64,000 nucleotides of DNA. It comes from Rebecca billardiae RCC1528. Its lineage: Eukaryota > Protista > Haptophyta. Location of the stretch: NCBI GenBank assembly GCA_965240325.2, contig OZ251228.1, positions 2,728,001 through 2,792,000 of the forward strand, written 5' to 3'. Positions 34,019 through 46,031 of the stretch are shown here, one piece after another. The first letter of the stretch is position 1. Every line of letters starts with the position of its first letter. The translations under genes were made by a program, and so were the position numbers. The notes under the pieces were generated by a model. It was not told where the DNA came from, did no database searches, and saw nothing but the letters and a program-made list of their open reading frames with translations.

Positions 34019-36379
34019 GGCAGCGCTAAATCCCGGGCTGAGATAAGCTCCGCGCGAGCTTATCTCAGCCCGGGCTGAGATAAGCGCTTATCTCAGCCCA
34101 GCGGCTCGCGACTCGGGCACTCGGCCACCGTGAACTCGGAGCGCACGTCGCGCGGTGCGGCCCGCCCGCTCCATGGCTGCACGCGCTGCTGTGTCTTCGG
34201 TGGCCACAGGGTGAAGTGCGCTGAGTCTAGTGGCGGGCGCCCAGCTCCACCCACCCCCTTCTCCCTGGCCCGCCCCGCCTGCCCTCGCCCGCATCGGATG
34301 CCTTCCTCGCGCATGCAACTCCACGGCGGCAACTCGGCTTGTGGACTTGCTGCCCGCTTGAGAAGCATGCAGCCAACACCATGGACGCACCATCGACGTT
34401 CGCCAGTTGACCATGTCCGCGCGTAGTCGCACGCGGGTGAACACGGCCCGTGCGCTACAGTCGGTTGTGTGCTGTTGCCATTGCACGTTGTTCAAAATGT
34501 GCTGAACGTTGCCACCGCGGCCGCCGCGCGCGGGCCTACCGGTGCCAGCGGCACAGGCATGGGCACCGGCGCAGCTCCATGGACGATCATGGCGCTGCGG
34601 CTAGTGGGCGCGCCGACGCCGGCACGCCCGCAGCTGTCGGCGCGCACGGCGAGCACGCCAAGCTCGCAGCGCGTGCCGCGGCTCGGGGGCTGGTGCGCAC
34701 GGACAGCAAGCTAAGGTTGCGGTGTGCGCCGCGGTCCGCACGCACGCAGCGGCCGCCGCATGCGCCACGCGCGCGGTGGCCGCCGCGCGCGCCGCGGTTG
34801 CCGCGCGCGCCGTGGCTGCCGCGCGCGCCGCGGCGGACCAGCGCGCCGCGGACGTCGCGCGCGCGACGACCGAAGGCTAGTCTGTGGCGGATAGCGAGCG
34901 CGCCGCCGCGGCCAGTGAGCGCGCAGCGGCCGGCGAGCACGCTCAGCCTCATCGCGCAACTGTCACGTGTTGGCGCCAGGCTTGATGGGCACCTGCGGCG
35001 TTAGACAAATGGGCATCTGTGGCCCGCACGGTGCGCGCTCGCCGGTTGCGGTGGTGCGCTCGCCAATACCTACGCATGCTGGCGCGGCCTGCTCACCGGT
35101 CGCGGTGGCGCAAGCCCCGGCTGCACCATCCATCCGCGCCGGTTGCGGCGCGCTCACTAGCCACAGCGGCACGCTCGCTATCCGCCACAGACTCGCCTTC
35201 GGTCGCCGTGCGCGGGGCGGTCGCGGCGCGTTGGTCGGCCTCGGCGCGCTCGCCGGCCGCGGCGCGCGCGGCAGCCGCGGCGCGCGCAGCAGCCACGGCG
35301 CGCTCGCCGGCCGGGCGCGACGGCCGAGTTACGCTGTCTGCCGCCGTGGCGCGCTTACCGGCCGCAGCGCGCGTGGCAGCCGCGGCGCAATCGCCAGCCG
35401 CGCGGCGCGCGGCAGCCGCGGCGCCCTCACCGGCTGGGCGCGCGCAGCAGCCGCGGCGCACTCGCCGGCCGCGGCGCGCTCGCCGGCCGGCCGGGCGCGC
35501 TCAGCAGCCGCGGCGCGCTCGCCGGCCGCGGCGCGCTCGCCGGCTGCGGCGCGCAAGACGGCTGCGGCGCGCGCGGCGGCCGTTGTGTGCACGCGGACCA
35601 CGGTGCGCGCGGCGACCTTGGCGTGCTCGCCAAGCGCGCCGAAAGCTGCGAGCGCGACGGCGCCGGTGAGCCCACCAGCTGCGGCGCCACGACCGTCGAC
35701 AGTGTATTACTCTGCCTAAGCGCCTGCCACACTTGAGACGCAGCGAGCCGCACACCACAGCTGTCAGCCGATGGTCCAAGCTCGGTCGTGAACCGGCAGC
35801 CGCCGCGCAGAGTAGTGCGCCGCGCGAAGGGACCGTTTCGATCTGACGGGATCGCGATGATTGGCTGATCCAGCGTCGAGCGTGACCGGCAAGTATGCCA
35901 AGCTGGGCAAGCACATGCCGCAACGCGCGAACAGTACAAGGGCAACTCGGTACAAGGGCAACGGCACACGGCAGACAGGTGCACGTGGGCCGTGGCCACA
36001 TGCGTGCGATTACACATGACACACATGTACAGTACACGACGTACAAGTACCCGCGACCGTCGATGGTGGAATCGATGGTGGAACAATGGCGTTGGCTGAG
36101 GCCGTTGCATGCGCGAGGAAGGCATCCGATGCAGGCGAGGGCAGGCGGGGCGGGCCAGGGAGAAGGGGGTGGGTGCAGCTGGGCCCGCCACTAGACTCAG
36201 CACACTTCACCCTGTGGCCACCGAAGACACAGCAGCGCGTGCAGCCATGGAGCGGGCGGGCCGCACCGCGCGACGTGCGCTCCGAGTCCACGGTGGCCGA
36301 GTGCCCGAGTGCCCGAGTCGCCAGCCGTTGGGTTGAGATAAAGCGCTTATCTCAGCCCAGGCTAATTTAAGCGTTTAAT
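34019..36379. mobile_element. Non-autonomous TIR element (TIRs of about 280-300 bp with palindromic GGGCTGAGATAAG/CTTATCTCAGCCC ends)
   Basis: 34019-34319 is inverted at 36104-36379. Absent from duplicate E (GGCGACCAACACC near 44757). Flanks GACC/GATC. Confidence 0.85.
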
Positions 36380-36424
36380 GATCAACACCTTTGGTTGGGT
36401 TGACGGCGACGAAGAACGAAGAAC

Positions 36425-37756
36425 TTGGCGGCGGCGGCGGTGGCACGCACGCCAACCAACCGGTGCGCTGCGCACAAGCTGGCCGGCATGGTCGACATCG
36501 TGAGCCCAAAGTGTGATCACACTGACTGCTCCAAGGTGCCTCACTTCGGCATGCCGGGCGACGCGCGCGCCAGCCGGTGCGCTGCGCACAAGCTGGCCGG
36601 CATGGTCGACGTGAGGCACCCCAAGTGTGATCACGCTGGCTGCACCACGCGGCCTTCATTCGGCATGGCGGGCGACGCGCGCGCCAGCCGGTGCGCTGCG
36701 CACAAGCTGGCCGGCATGGTCGACGTGATGCACGTCAAGTGTGATCACACTGACTGCTCCAAGGTGCCTTCATTCGGCATGCCAGGCGACGCGCGCGCCA
36801 GCCGGTGCGCTACGCACAAGCTGGCCGGCATGGTCGACGTGGTGAGCCGCAAGTGTGATCACGCGGGCTGCACCAAGGGCCCTTCGTTCGGCATGGCGGG
36901 TGACGCGCGCGCCAGCCGGTGCGCTGCGCACAAGCTGGCCGGCATGGTCGACGTGATGCACGTCAAGTGTGATCACGCGGGCTGCACCACACAGCCTGCG
37001 TTCGGCATGCCGGGCGACGCGCGCGCCAGCCGGTGCGCTCCGCACAAGCTGGCCGGCATGGTCGACGTGAGGAGCCCCAAGTGTGATCACACCGGCTGCA
37101 CCACGCGGCCTTCATTCGGCATGCCGGGCGACGCGCGTGCCAGCCGGTGCGCTACGCACAAGCTGGCTGGCATGGTCGACGTAGTGAACCGCAAGTGTGA
37201 TCACGCTGGCTGCACCACACAGCCTGCGTTCGGCATGCCGGGCGACGCGCGCGCCAGCCGGTGCGCTCCGCACAAGCTGGCCGGCATGGTCAACTTGAAG
37301 AAGCGCAAGTGTGATCACGCTGGCTGCACCACGCAGCCTGCGTTCGGCATGCCGGGCGACGCGCGCGCCAGCCGGTGCGCTGCGCACAAGCTGGCCGGCA
37401 TGGTCGACGTGAGGAGCCCCAAGTGTGATCACACGGGCTGCACCAAGCAGCCTAACTTCGGCATGCCGGGCGACGCGCGCGCCAGCCGGTGCGCTGCGCA
37501 CAAGCTGGCCGGCATGAAGCGCCTTGGGAGTGGTGCGCATAAGCGCGGGCTGGAGCAAGACATGACGAGCAACAAAGAATCGAGCGCCGCTAAGCGACAG
37601 CGGAAGCGCACCAGGAGCACAGTCACTGCTCCGGACGTCGTGGCAGCGCGGCAGCCACGGGTGCAGCAGCTGCCGTTTCTGGTCACAGCCAGCGTCGTAT
37701 CGACGCCGTCACGTGTACGACCTGTGGTGATGGCCAGGCGGGTGCGCATGTCCTGA
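36425..37756 (+). CDS. EsV-1-7-type tandem-repeat protein, locus D (9 repeats); upstream region interrupted by an insertion
   Basis: Dipeptides KV,TR,KV,KG,TQ,TR,TQ,TQ,KQ. Tail HKRGLEQDMTSNKESSAAKRQRKR. First Met at 36488. Confidence 0.85.
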   Translation: MAAAAVARTPTNRCAAHKLAGMVDIVSPKCDHTDCSKVPHFGMPGDARASRCAAHKLAGMVDVRHPKCDHAGCTTRPSFGMAGDARASRCAAHKLAGMVDVMHVKCDHTDCSKVPSFGMPGDARASRCATHKLAGMVDVVSRKCDHAGCTKGPSFGMAGDARASRCAAHKLAGMVDVMHVKCDHAGCTTQPAFGMPGDARASRCAPHKLAGMVDVRSPKCDHTGCTTRPSFGMPGDARASRCATHKLAGMVDVVNRKCDHAGCTTQPAFGMPGDARASRCAPHKLAGMVNLKKRKCDHAGCTTQPAFGMPGDARASRCAAHKLAGMVDVRSPKCDHTGCTKQPNFGMPGDARASRCAAHKLAGMKRLGSGAHKRGLEQDMTSNKESSAAKRQRKRTRSTVTAPDVVAARQPRVQQLPFLVTASVVSTPSRVRPVVMARRVRMS

Positions 37757-38411
37757 CAAGTGACAGTGACAGTAACAATGACAATGATGTGAGCGCACGA
37801 TGCTGCTGAGGCCGCTGAGCGGCTGAGTCGGCTGGCCGCACTTTCAGATGCTGTGACCTGACATGCTGCATGAGTAGTGACGAACTATACGTCTACTTTG
37901 GGAATTAATGCGCGGGGGGCCCGGCGGCAGGGATTGGCGGGGATCTCGGCACCACTCTGACAGGCCACTGCACCAGGCCCCGCGGCCGCGCGGATCACGA
38001 ACGATGCGGCATGCGCACCCTCGCCCCATTGGGAGAGGGGAGGTAGCAGGTAGTCCTGACGGTCTCAACCCGGTACAGGCTTGCCAGCTGAGTCCGCTTC
38101 GCGTGCCTAGTATGCCGGCTAGTGACGCTGTCTACCGTCGTAGTGAAAGTGATCCGGTCCCGGCGTCACTTTGAGCTACGCAGTCCGCTGTCGACTGGCA
38201 AGCAGGTCTGCAGGAGACTTAATTTTTAAAAATCCGCGCTACCATCGGCGACGGCTTCATGGGCGGTGACGGTTGGCGGGCGTCGATCTCGCCTGCCTGA
38301 GCTGTGTCAAGGGCCGTGCGTAACGCTCCGTTATCCGAAGCTGATGAGCTCCGACTGAGTGACGCCCGTCGTCGGCCGTAGTCTGGTTCCCTAGTTACTT
38401 CCCTTGGTCTG

Positions 38412-40883
38412 AGAGCAGCCCACAGCGGAATAAGGGGTTGGCCACTGCGGCGCGCCCTTCCCGCGGGAGGGTTGGCCACTGGCGCCGCAGTGGCCAACCC
38501 CCCCCCCGGTGGCCAACCCCCCTTCGCCGCCGACGGAGCGCTCCGGGGGCGGCGCGGGCGGTTCGGGTGGGCCCACCCGACCACAATGACCCGCGCCGGC
38601 CACCGCAACACCGCCTCGCGACCCACTTCGCGCCCCGCGGGCACCTCGCAGAAGCGCGCGGCCCCACTGTGCTGGCGGCGCGTGCCCAGCGCGCGCTGCC
38701 GAGCGAGTGTGCGCGGATGGCGCGGGTTCTCCGCGGCGCGGAATGTCGGGGATGATGCAGTCGGTCGTGTCGCTGTGCAGCGCCAGGTCGCCGGCAGGTT
38801 CGCGCGCTGTCACGACGCTGCCCACCACCGAGCGCGGATCCTGCGCTGGGACGGCCAGCTGGGTGCCTTGGCGAGTGCGGCGGATGGCGAGAGGGATACG
38901 GGCGCGCTCGACCGTCGCGAGCGTGGAGAGGAAGCATGTACCTGCGCGCAAGCCGCGCCAGCTTGAGCTACCGATCGTTCGCATGCCATGCACCTCGCAC
39001 GCGTCTTTTCTTCTTGCCCTTGCGAATGGCGCCGAGCCCTTGACAGGACTACTCGTTCGAGTAACTACTCAGGCATGGCATGACAACAGCCACGTGCGCA
39101 GGCGTTGCATACAGATGTACACAAGTTGATGCGCCCACACACAACCCGAAGACTCCGATTCATCGCTTCAAGGCGCTTACGGTCGGTTGGTTCATCTCCA
39201 TCGCATGCATGGCTCGTGCAGGCTGATTCGCACTCATCAACAGCCGTCTAAAGCTGCATCAAAACGCACGATCGGTGGCTCAAGGCGGCGCGGCTTGCGA
39301 CATAGATATGCTTCCTCGCTCATTCTCAGCTCGTGTCCCGAGATGATCGCATCGCGCGCCAGGCGGGCGCACACGGCTGAGGCCGGCGCGGACTGCTCAT
39401 TCTGAGGCGACGCTTGCATGCGCGCTGATCATAGGCGCGGCCAAGTCGACGAGGAGCAAGCCGCGGGGAGCAGAGAGCAGTATGACGAGCGCGCTTATGC
39501 CACGCAAGCAACGCGCCGCCTTCGCACGGCAACTCGACGGCCGCAGCGCCTCACGCCTCGCGCGCGCTTAACGTGCGTAATATCAGGACGATTGGAAACA
39601 AAAAGAATAAAACTGACGAAAAGTCGAAAATAAGTCGCCGATTTGTCAGGCGGTGTCACACACTCACACAGACATGCAGCTAGATGAGCAGAGCGGCAAG
39701 CGCGCACGCGGCCGCGCAGGGCACACGGGGACGACTACATCACCGTCGGACCACTCGCCAGGCCCAGCCGCTGAGACGGCCGCCTGATGACATCTAGCCC
39801 TGCACTCTCGCCCCTGACTAGGGGCGGAGTCCGGCGCAGCACGGGCCCATGCGAGCTGCCGCACGGCGCAGGTGGATCCCGCCGCAGCAGTTCGATCGCG
39901 GTGCCGGTGCTGGCGGAGCTCTGCCCACCAACGCCGACTTAATATTGTCGATGACGATCGAGCACTGCCGACGACAAATAAAGAGACCTGCGCCGTCGTA
40001 TACCTGTGTCGTTATACATCATAGAATCGGTCTGTTACCACACAGTTGGGCGGTCGCGGCAGCATACTCAGTACTGCTGCTACATGTGCCGCAGTCAGCA
40101 AGCCGTAGCTGCTAGTACTGGTGAGTGCTGGCAACGGTACCCCGAGCGCGACTCAGCAGGCACCCCTCATACCGTTCCAGACCGGCCTGCCCGCAGAGTC
40201 TGCGACACCTGAGCACCGACCGACGTCAACCGTGCGCACGGCAAGCTGAGCTCAGACTGAGTGCCCGGGTCGGCTTGTCGCCGTGTGCTCGTGTGGCCAG
40301 TAGCGCGTCAAGTGTGCCCAGCTGGACGAATACCAGGGTGAGCTTGCGCGCAGGTACATGCTTCCTCTCCACGCTCGCGACGGTCGAGCGCGCCCGTATC
40401 CCTCTCGCCATCCGCCGCACTCGCCAAGGCACCCAGCTGGCCGTCCCAGCGCAGGATCCGCGCTCGGTGGTGGGCAGCGTCGTGACAGCGCGCGAACCTG
40501 CCGGCGACCTGGCGCTGCACAGCGACACGACCGACTGCATCATCCCCGACATTCCGCGCCGCGGAGAACCCGCGCCATCCGCGCACACTCGCTCGGCAGC
40601 GCGCGCTGGGCACGCGCCGCCAGCACAGTGGGGCCGCGCGCTTCTGCGAGGTGCCCGCGGGGCGCGAAGTGGGTCGCGAGGCGGTGTTGCGGTGGCCGGC
40701 GCGGGTCATTGTGGTCGGGTGGGCCCACCCGAACCGCCCGCGCCGCCCCCGGAGCGCTCCGTCGGCGGCGAAGGGGGGTTGGCCACCGGGGGGGGGGTTG
40801 GCCACTGCGGCGCCAGTGGCCAACCCTCCCGCGGGAAGGGCGCGCCGCAGTGGCCAACCCCTTATTCCGCTGTGGGCTGCTCT
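38412..40883. mobile_element. Non-autonomous element with 542-bp TIRs; TSD CTG (or TCTGA if the termini are GAG...CTC)
   Basis: 38412-38953 is inverted at 40342-40883. Empty site CCTTGGTCTGATGATGAG at 46671. Confidence 0.92.
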
Positions 40884-41990
40884 CTGATGATGAGTCGGAT
40901 CCCGGGTAGATCCCGTGCACTTGATTACTGAGGCTTTTCGTCAGCAGGAGAAAAGCGCCGCGCTTCTTTCTTCTGCGCTTGCACCGCGAACGATTCTGGT
41001 CGGGCGGCACTCCGCCGACCGGGACGGCCGCCGACCAGCCCGCGGCCGCCTGCTGCAGCTCGTGGAACACGCAGTCGCGCGCTCGCGCGTTGAGGGCGGA
41101 CCTGCGCGTATGCGCCCGCCGGGCTTGCCGCTTCATCCGCTGGCACCGCAGTGCAGGTCGAGCCGTCCGCCGCCCACCGAGCCGGCGCCACGCCTCGCGC
41201 TCGTGCTCGAGCTGAGGCGGCGCGTGTCGCCGGAGCCGGCGGGTTCGCGCGCGTGCGCGTGGTGGGCAGCCTCGCGCGTGCGCCCGCCGCGCGCCCCGCG
41301 TCGCTCGCTTGGCGCCGCACGCGAGCCGCTCGTCGCGCGACCGAACGAGACGTCAATCAAGGGCGACCCTTGGAATGGCGTGGGCTCTCCGCCTGTCGTC
41401 CTTCGCGGGCCGTCGTCGACGCGAGGCCGCGCGAGGTTGCTCCGATGCTCGTAGTCCAATGCAAGATGATACCCGCGTGCCGCTATCAGCGCGCCCTTTC
41501 GCTCGTGAATTGTCTAGCGAGAATATGACGGTTCGTGTGAATGTGAGTTGTGAACTCGCGACACGACGAATCACGAATGCGCCGATGCGATTCGCGCGAA
41601 TGTGAGTACGCAAAGCGCCGAACGACGAGCGGTTTTCGACCGAACGACGAGCGGTTTTTGTCCTATCGGGCGCCTAGGCGGGTACGCGAATTGCGCATAT
41701 GTGACCCGGTGGGCGACAAACAGACGCAGCCGGGCGTCAAAAAAAGGGGTGCGACGGGCTGGTCCCCAGCGTGAAGTCGTGCCTTTGTTCTCGTGGGTTT
41801 CCAGAAAACAGCGGGGGCCTAGCGGCCTTTTCCCGGTGGGGCTGGTCGAACACAGCGCGTCTAGGACGCGACGGAAAGCTTGCCAGGGCCGGCAGACCCG
41901 ACGACGATGGGACGAGTTGGCCGTTCAGCGCTGACTAACGGTATCATCCGGGCTGCCGCGTCTTCGCGCGTCGCGCGTGCGATTTAGCCG

Positions 41991-42767
41991 TTAGCCAGGC
42001 GTCTGCAAGGCCCACCGAGGCGCCAGCGAGGCGCGCGTCGATGCAGTCGTCGCTGCGCACGGCCGCTCGGGCACGGCGGCACGGCAACGGCACGCACCGA
42101 TCACGCCGTGCGTGCGCGCGTCGGCCATCGACGCGTGGTAGTCGTGCAGCAACTGCAGCTCCGTGGGGTTTTCCGCACGTCGTGCGCGCTGCTGCTGCCG
42201 GACGCCCAGATGGCGCGCGACCGCGTCGGTCGCGGCGGCCTCGCGCGCCGCGCGCGGGGCGGCTCGACGCGCGGCGTGACCCTCGCGGCGCTCCGCGTTG
42301 CGCGCCTCGTCCACGCCGTTCAGCGTGCTCGCCAGCCGCGCGCGCAGCTGCGCGAGGCACGCGTCGAGCGCTGCCGGCGTCTCGCAGTTTGGGTGCGAGG
42401 CCGCGGGCGCGCGCGCGCCGGGGCGCGTGGCCTCGTGCGGGTGCACGGCGAGGCGCGCCAGGTCCACAAACGGCTCGTCGCGCAGTTCCAGCGCGCGCAG
42501 CCCGGCGACGCGCGCGTCCCAGCGCGCGACGTGTTTGGACAGCGCGTTCGACATGCGCGCGCCGCCCGCGTCGCCCTCGCCGCGGTACCGGCGGATGAGA
42601 ATGGCCAGGGCTGCACGCACGTTGGCGAATTGCGCGCACGCCGCCGCGCTCCGCCTCCGCATCTGCACGACACACGCCGCGTAGACCACGAACGAATCCA
42701 GCTCGTGCACGACATCGTCAGCCGACGTGGCGATGTCGGGCCGACGGCGGCCAAAGTCACGACTCAC
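41991..42767 (-). CDS. Hypothetical protein (258 aa)
   Basis: ATG-started ORF with protein-like helical composition; no recognised motif. Confidence 0.35.
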   Translation of the reverse strand: MSRDFGRRRPDIATSADDVVHELDSFVVYAACVVQMRRRSAAACAQFANVRAALAILIRRYRGEGDAGGARMSNALSKHVARWDARVAGLRALELRDEPFVDLARLAVHPHEATRPGARAPAASHPNCETPAALDACLAQLRARLASTLNGVDEARNAERREGHAARRAAPRAAREAAATDAVARHLGVRQQQRARRAENPTELQLLHDYHASMADARTHGVIGACRCRAAVPERPCAATTASTRASLAPRWALQTPG

Positions 42768-43360
42768 GATGTGCCCGTCCCGACCAGGGACCCGGCGTCG
42801 CGGCAGGCGCTTTCCGTACCGTTACCGTATTGTATAGGCGGTATGAACTGGGTAAGGGGGTACCGCTAAGATCGCCGCCAGATTTGTGGGAATCGCAACG
42901 ACATCTCTATGCGGCGCGCGCAAAAATTAACCACATGCGCTTCGATTCCCGAGGCGGGCCCTAATTGGCGCAAAAATTAACCAAGTGCGTTCTCGATTCC
43001 CGAGGCGTGCCTAATCATAAAACGTTTGAGGCCCCATTGTTCGTATTCCTACTCCGGTATTACTTTCCCCAGCAGTACGTCACACCCAATTAAAGGGGGT
43101 CGGAGCTGGGTCTCCCAGGGCTTTCTCACGAATTAAAATTGTTTAAAGCTGTGTTCACCAGAATATAGAGTCTTATATATATATATATGCTATAGTAGTC
43201 CGTACTACGCCGTACGGTAGCTTAGTGTCTGTGACTACCGACTGGAATAATCGGGACCGCCCGGCGGCCGGGCCTCTTGACTAGGTAGTAGGTAGGCGAG
43301 CGCTTCAGAAAGCCGTACAGTTTATTTGTTTTAACGTCCTGGACTCCTGCGTAAGGCTCA

Positions 43361-43497
43361 CGGTGGCAGGTTCAGGTTGCCGCACCATCCTTCATCGCAC
43401 GCTCTCCGAAGAGAGACCTGGAAACTGGTTTATTTGATGAACCCATGACCTCAGACGCAAGAGCACGCTGAGTACTCCCACTCGGCCACAGACCGGC
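43361..43497 (-). ncRNA. tRNA-derived SINE-like element, copy 3 (B box disrupted)
   Basis: Homologous to copies 1 and 2, with small insertions. Confidence 0.5.
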
Positions 43498-44267
43498 GTT
43501 ACTACTAGCGCCATCACCGCCAACTGCGCCCCATCGGGTGATCGCCTTCGGATCGTGACTCAGTCACAGACACAGTGATCGCGGCCGAATTGAGCCCGCC
43601 ATTTTTGTGAGAGATATGAGGTTTCAGAGCAGCAAAAATAAATTGTAATTAATTAATCCGTTTCTGGCGGCCTCTATTAATGGATGACGAATTCCAATAG
43701 TATGGGGGTACAGGGTCCCCAACAATTGTTCGGGCCACACTGATTTTTGCTGACTACGGCTGCTGACGATGAGATGGGCCAGAGGCTCTCAGTAGCGCCA
43801 TAGACCTTACTCCTCGGCGGATGACCGGACAGGAAGTGGTTGCAGCGAGCGGCGCGCTCTGCGCGTGGCCAGGGCTGGCTTGGGTGTACAGCTCAACCGA
43901 CTAGCGGTTGGCTCTGAACAGGTCCATGGAGCCCCCGTGAGTGGCATGCATGCTGAAATTCGTATCTGGCGCACGGTTGCATTTGACGGCGGGCGGGTTG
44001 GTGTGCGCACTGGTGGGCCTCCAGCGTTCGCTGCGGGTAATCTCGCCTGCCTGAGCTGTGTGCGTCTCTTATTCTTAGTAAACTGTAGTGGCGCCGAGTG
44101 TAGCCCATGCCTGCACGGCCAGAGCCGAACGACTGGCTGTGCAGCAGCTGTGCAAGAGAGGTGTGCAACTGCCTGGGCTGGACCGATCGGGCCGTATATG
44201 CTCCTGGTGTAGCGCTACGCGCGGGCTCGCCCAGGGCTGTCGAGCGCATGTCGCATAGTCACCGACC

Positions 44268-46031
44268 ATGCCACGTTATAATATCTGGGCGGCCTTGAGC
44301 GGGCTTGCTGGCTACAGACATGCGCAGAAGCCACACGGCTGCTTCACGGCCCTCACGACCAGCCTTGTGCCGACTGTCCGCATGACCCAGAGGGGTGCTC
44401 AACGCGGGCTGCCCGGTTATGCGCGCCCGGCTAGGCGCGCATGCGATAGCACTGCATGCCCCCGCAGCGGCTCGAGCCCCGAGTCGAGCCCGTCGCGCGC
44501 TGCGCGCGCGCGCTTGCACGCGAGCGCCTGCGCTGCTTTTGTGGCGGTGCCGCGCGGGTGCATGCTGCTTCAAGGCGCGGAGGAGGCGAGGACGAGGAAG
44601 GCGCGCGGCGCAGCGAGGGACGCCGGGCGGCTCTGCGACGGCTCAAGCCCCGCGCCGCCTCCGAGGCCCGACCCGACTGCCGCAGGAGCGCACGGGGCGA
44701 GCGGCTCCGCCGCCGTGCACGGCGGCGTGCGGGCGAGTGCCACCTGCTTGGCGAGCGGCGACCAACACCCTTGGTTGGGCCGACGGCGACGAAGAAGGAA
44801 GAACTTGGCGGCGGCGGCGGTGGCACGCACGCCAACCAACCGGTGCGCTGCGCACAAGCTGGCCGGCATGGTCGACATCGTGAGCCCAAAGTGTGATCAC
44901 ACTGACTGCTCCAAGGTGCCTCACTTCGGCATGCCGGGCGACGCGCACGCCAGCCGGTGCGCTGCGCACAAGCTGGCCGGCATGGTCGACGTGAAGAACC
45001 CCAAGTGTGATCACGCTGGCTGCACCACGCGGCCTTCATTCGGCATGCCGGGCGACGCGCGCGCCAGCCGGTGCGCTACGCACAAGCTGGTCGGCATGGT
45101 CGACGTGATGAGCCGCAAGTGCGATCACACCGGCTGCACCGCGCGGCCTTCCTTCGGCGTGCCGGGCGACGCGCGCGCCAGCCGGTGCGCTACGCACAAG
45201 CTGGCCGGCATGGTTGACGTGAGGCACCCCAAGTGTGATCACGCTGGCTGCACCACGCGGCCTTCATTCGGCATGCCGGGCGACGCGCGCGCCAGCCGGT
45301 GCGCTACGCACAAGCTGGCCGGCATGGTCGACGTGAGGCACCCCAAGTGTGATCACGCTGGCTGCACCACGCGGCCTTCATTCGGCATGGCGGGCGACGC
45401 GCGCGCCAGCCGGTGCGCTGCGCACACGCTGGCCGGCATGGTCGACATCGTGAGCCCAAAGTGTGATCACACTGACTGCTCCAAGGTGCCTCACTTCGGC
45501 ATGCCGGGCGACGCGCACGCCAGCCGGTGCGCTGCGCACAAGCTGGCCGGCATGGTCGACGTGAAGAACCCCAAGTGTGATCACGCTGGCTGCACCACGC
45601 GGCCTTCATTCGGCATGCCGGGCGACGCGCGCGCCAGCCGGTGCGCTACGCACAAGCTGGTCGGCATGGTCGACGTGATGAGCCCCAAGTGTGATCACGC
45701 CGGCTGCACCACGCAGCCTTCGTTCGGCATGCCGGGCGACGCGCGCGCCAGCCGGTGCGCTGCGCACAAGCTGGCCGGCATGAAGCGCCTTGGGAGTGGT
45801 GCGCATAAGCGCGGGCTGGAGCAAGACATGACGAGCAACAAAGAATCGAGCGCCGCTAAGCGACAGCGGAAGCGCACCAGGAGCACAGTCACTGCTCCGG
45901 ACGTCGTGGCAGCGCGGCAGCCACGGGTGCAGCAGCTGCCGTTTCTGGTCACAGCCAGCGTCGTATCGACGCCGTCACGTGTACGACCTGTGGTGATGGC
46001 CAGGCGGGTGCGCATGGCCTGGCAACAGTGA
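44268..46031 (+). CDS. EsV-1-7-type tandem-repeat protein, locus E (8 repeats); true start uncertain (array Met at 44868)
   Basis: Dipeptides KV,TR,AR,TR,TR,KV,TR,TQ. Tail the same as D except the last residues. Confidence 0.85.
   Translation: MPRYNIWAALSGLAGYRHAQKPHGCFTALTTSLVPTVRMTQRGAQRGLPGYARPARRACDSTACPRSGSSPESSPSRAARARLHASACAAFVAVPRGCMLLQGAEEARTRKARGAARDAGRLCDGSSPAPPPRPDPTAAGAHGASGSAAVHGGVRASATCLASGDQHPWLGRRRRRRKNLAAAAVARTPTNRCAAHKLAGMVDIVSPKCDHTDCSKVPHFGMPGDAHASRCAAHKLAGMVDVKNPKCDHAGCTTRPSFGMPGDARASRCATHKLVGMVDVMSRKCDHTGCTARPSFGVPGDARASRCATHKLAGMVDVRHPKCDHAGCTTRPSFGMPGDARASRCATHKLAGMVDVRHPKCDHAGCTTRPSFGMAGDARASRCAAHTLAGMVDIVSPKCDHTDCSKVPHFGMPGDAHASRCAAHKLAGMVDVKNPKCDHAGCTTRPSFGMPGDARASRCATHKLVGMVDVMSPKCDHAGCTTQPSFGMPGDARASRCAAHKLAGMKRLGSGAHKRGLEQDMTSNKESSAAKRQRKRTRSTVTAPDVVAARQPRVQQLPFLVTASVVSTPSRVRPVVMARRVRMAWQQ

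Larger units (their letters stand above)
32676..41028 (+). repeat. Segmental duplicate 1 of a cassette of about 3.6 kb (with two nested insertions) carrying array D
   Basis: Colinear and near-identical to 43174-46826 outside the repeat array and the insertions. Confidence 0.9.
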
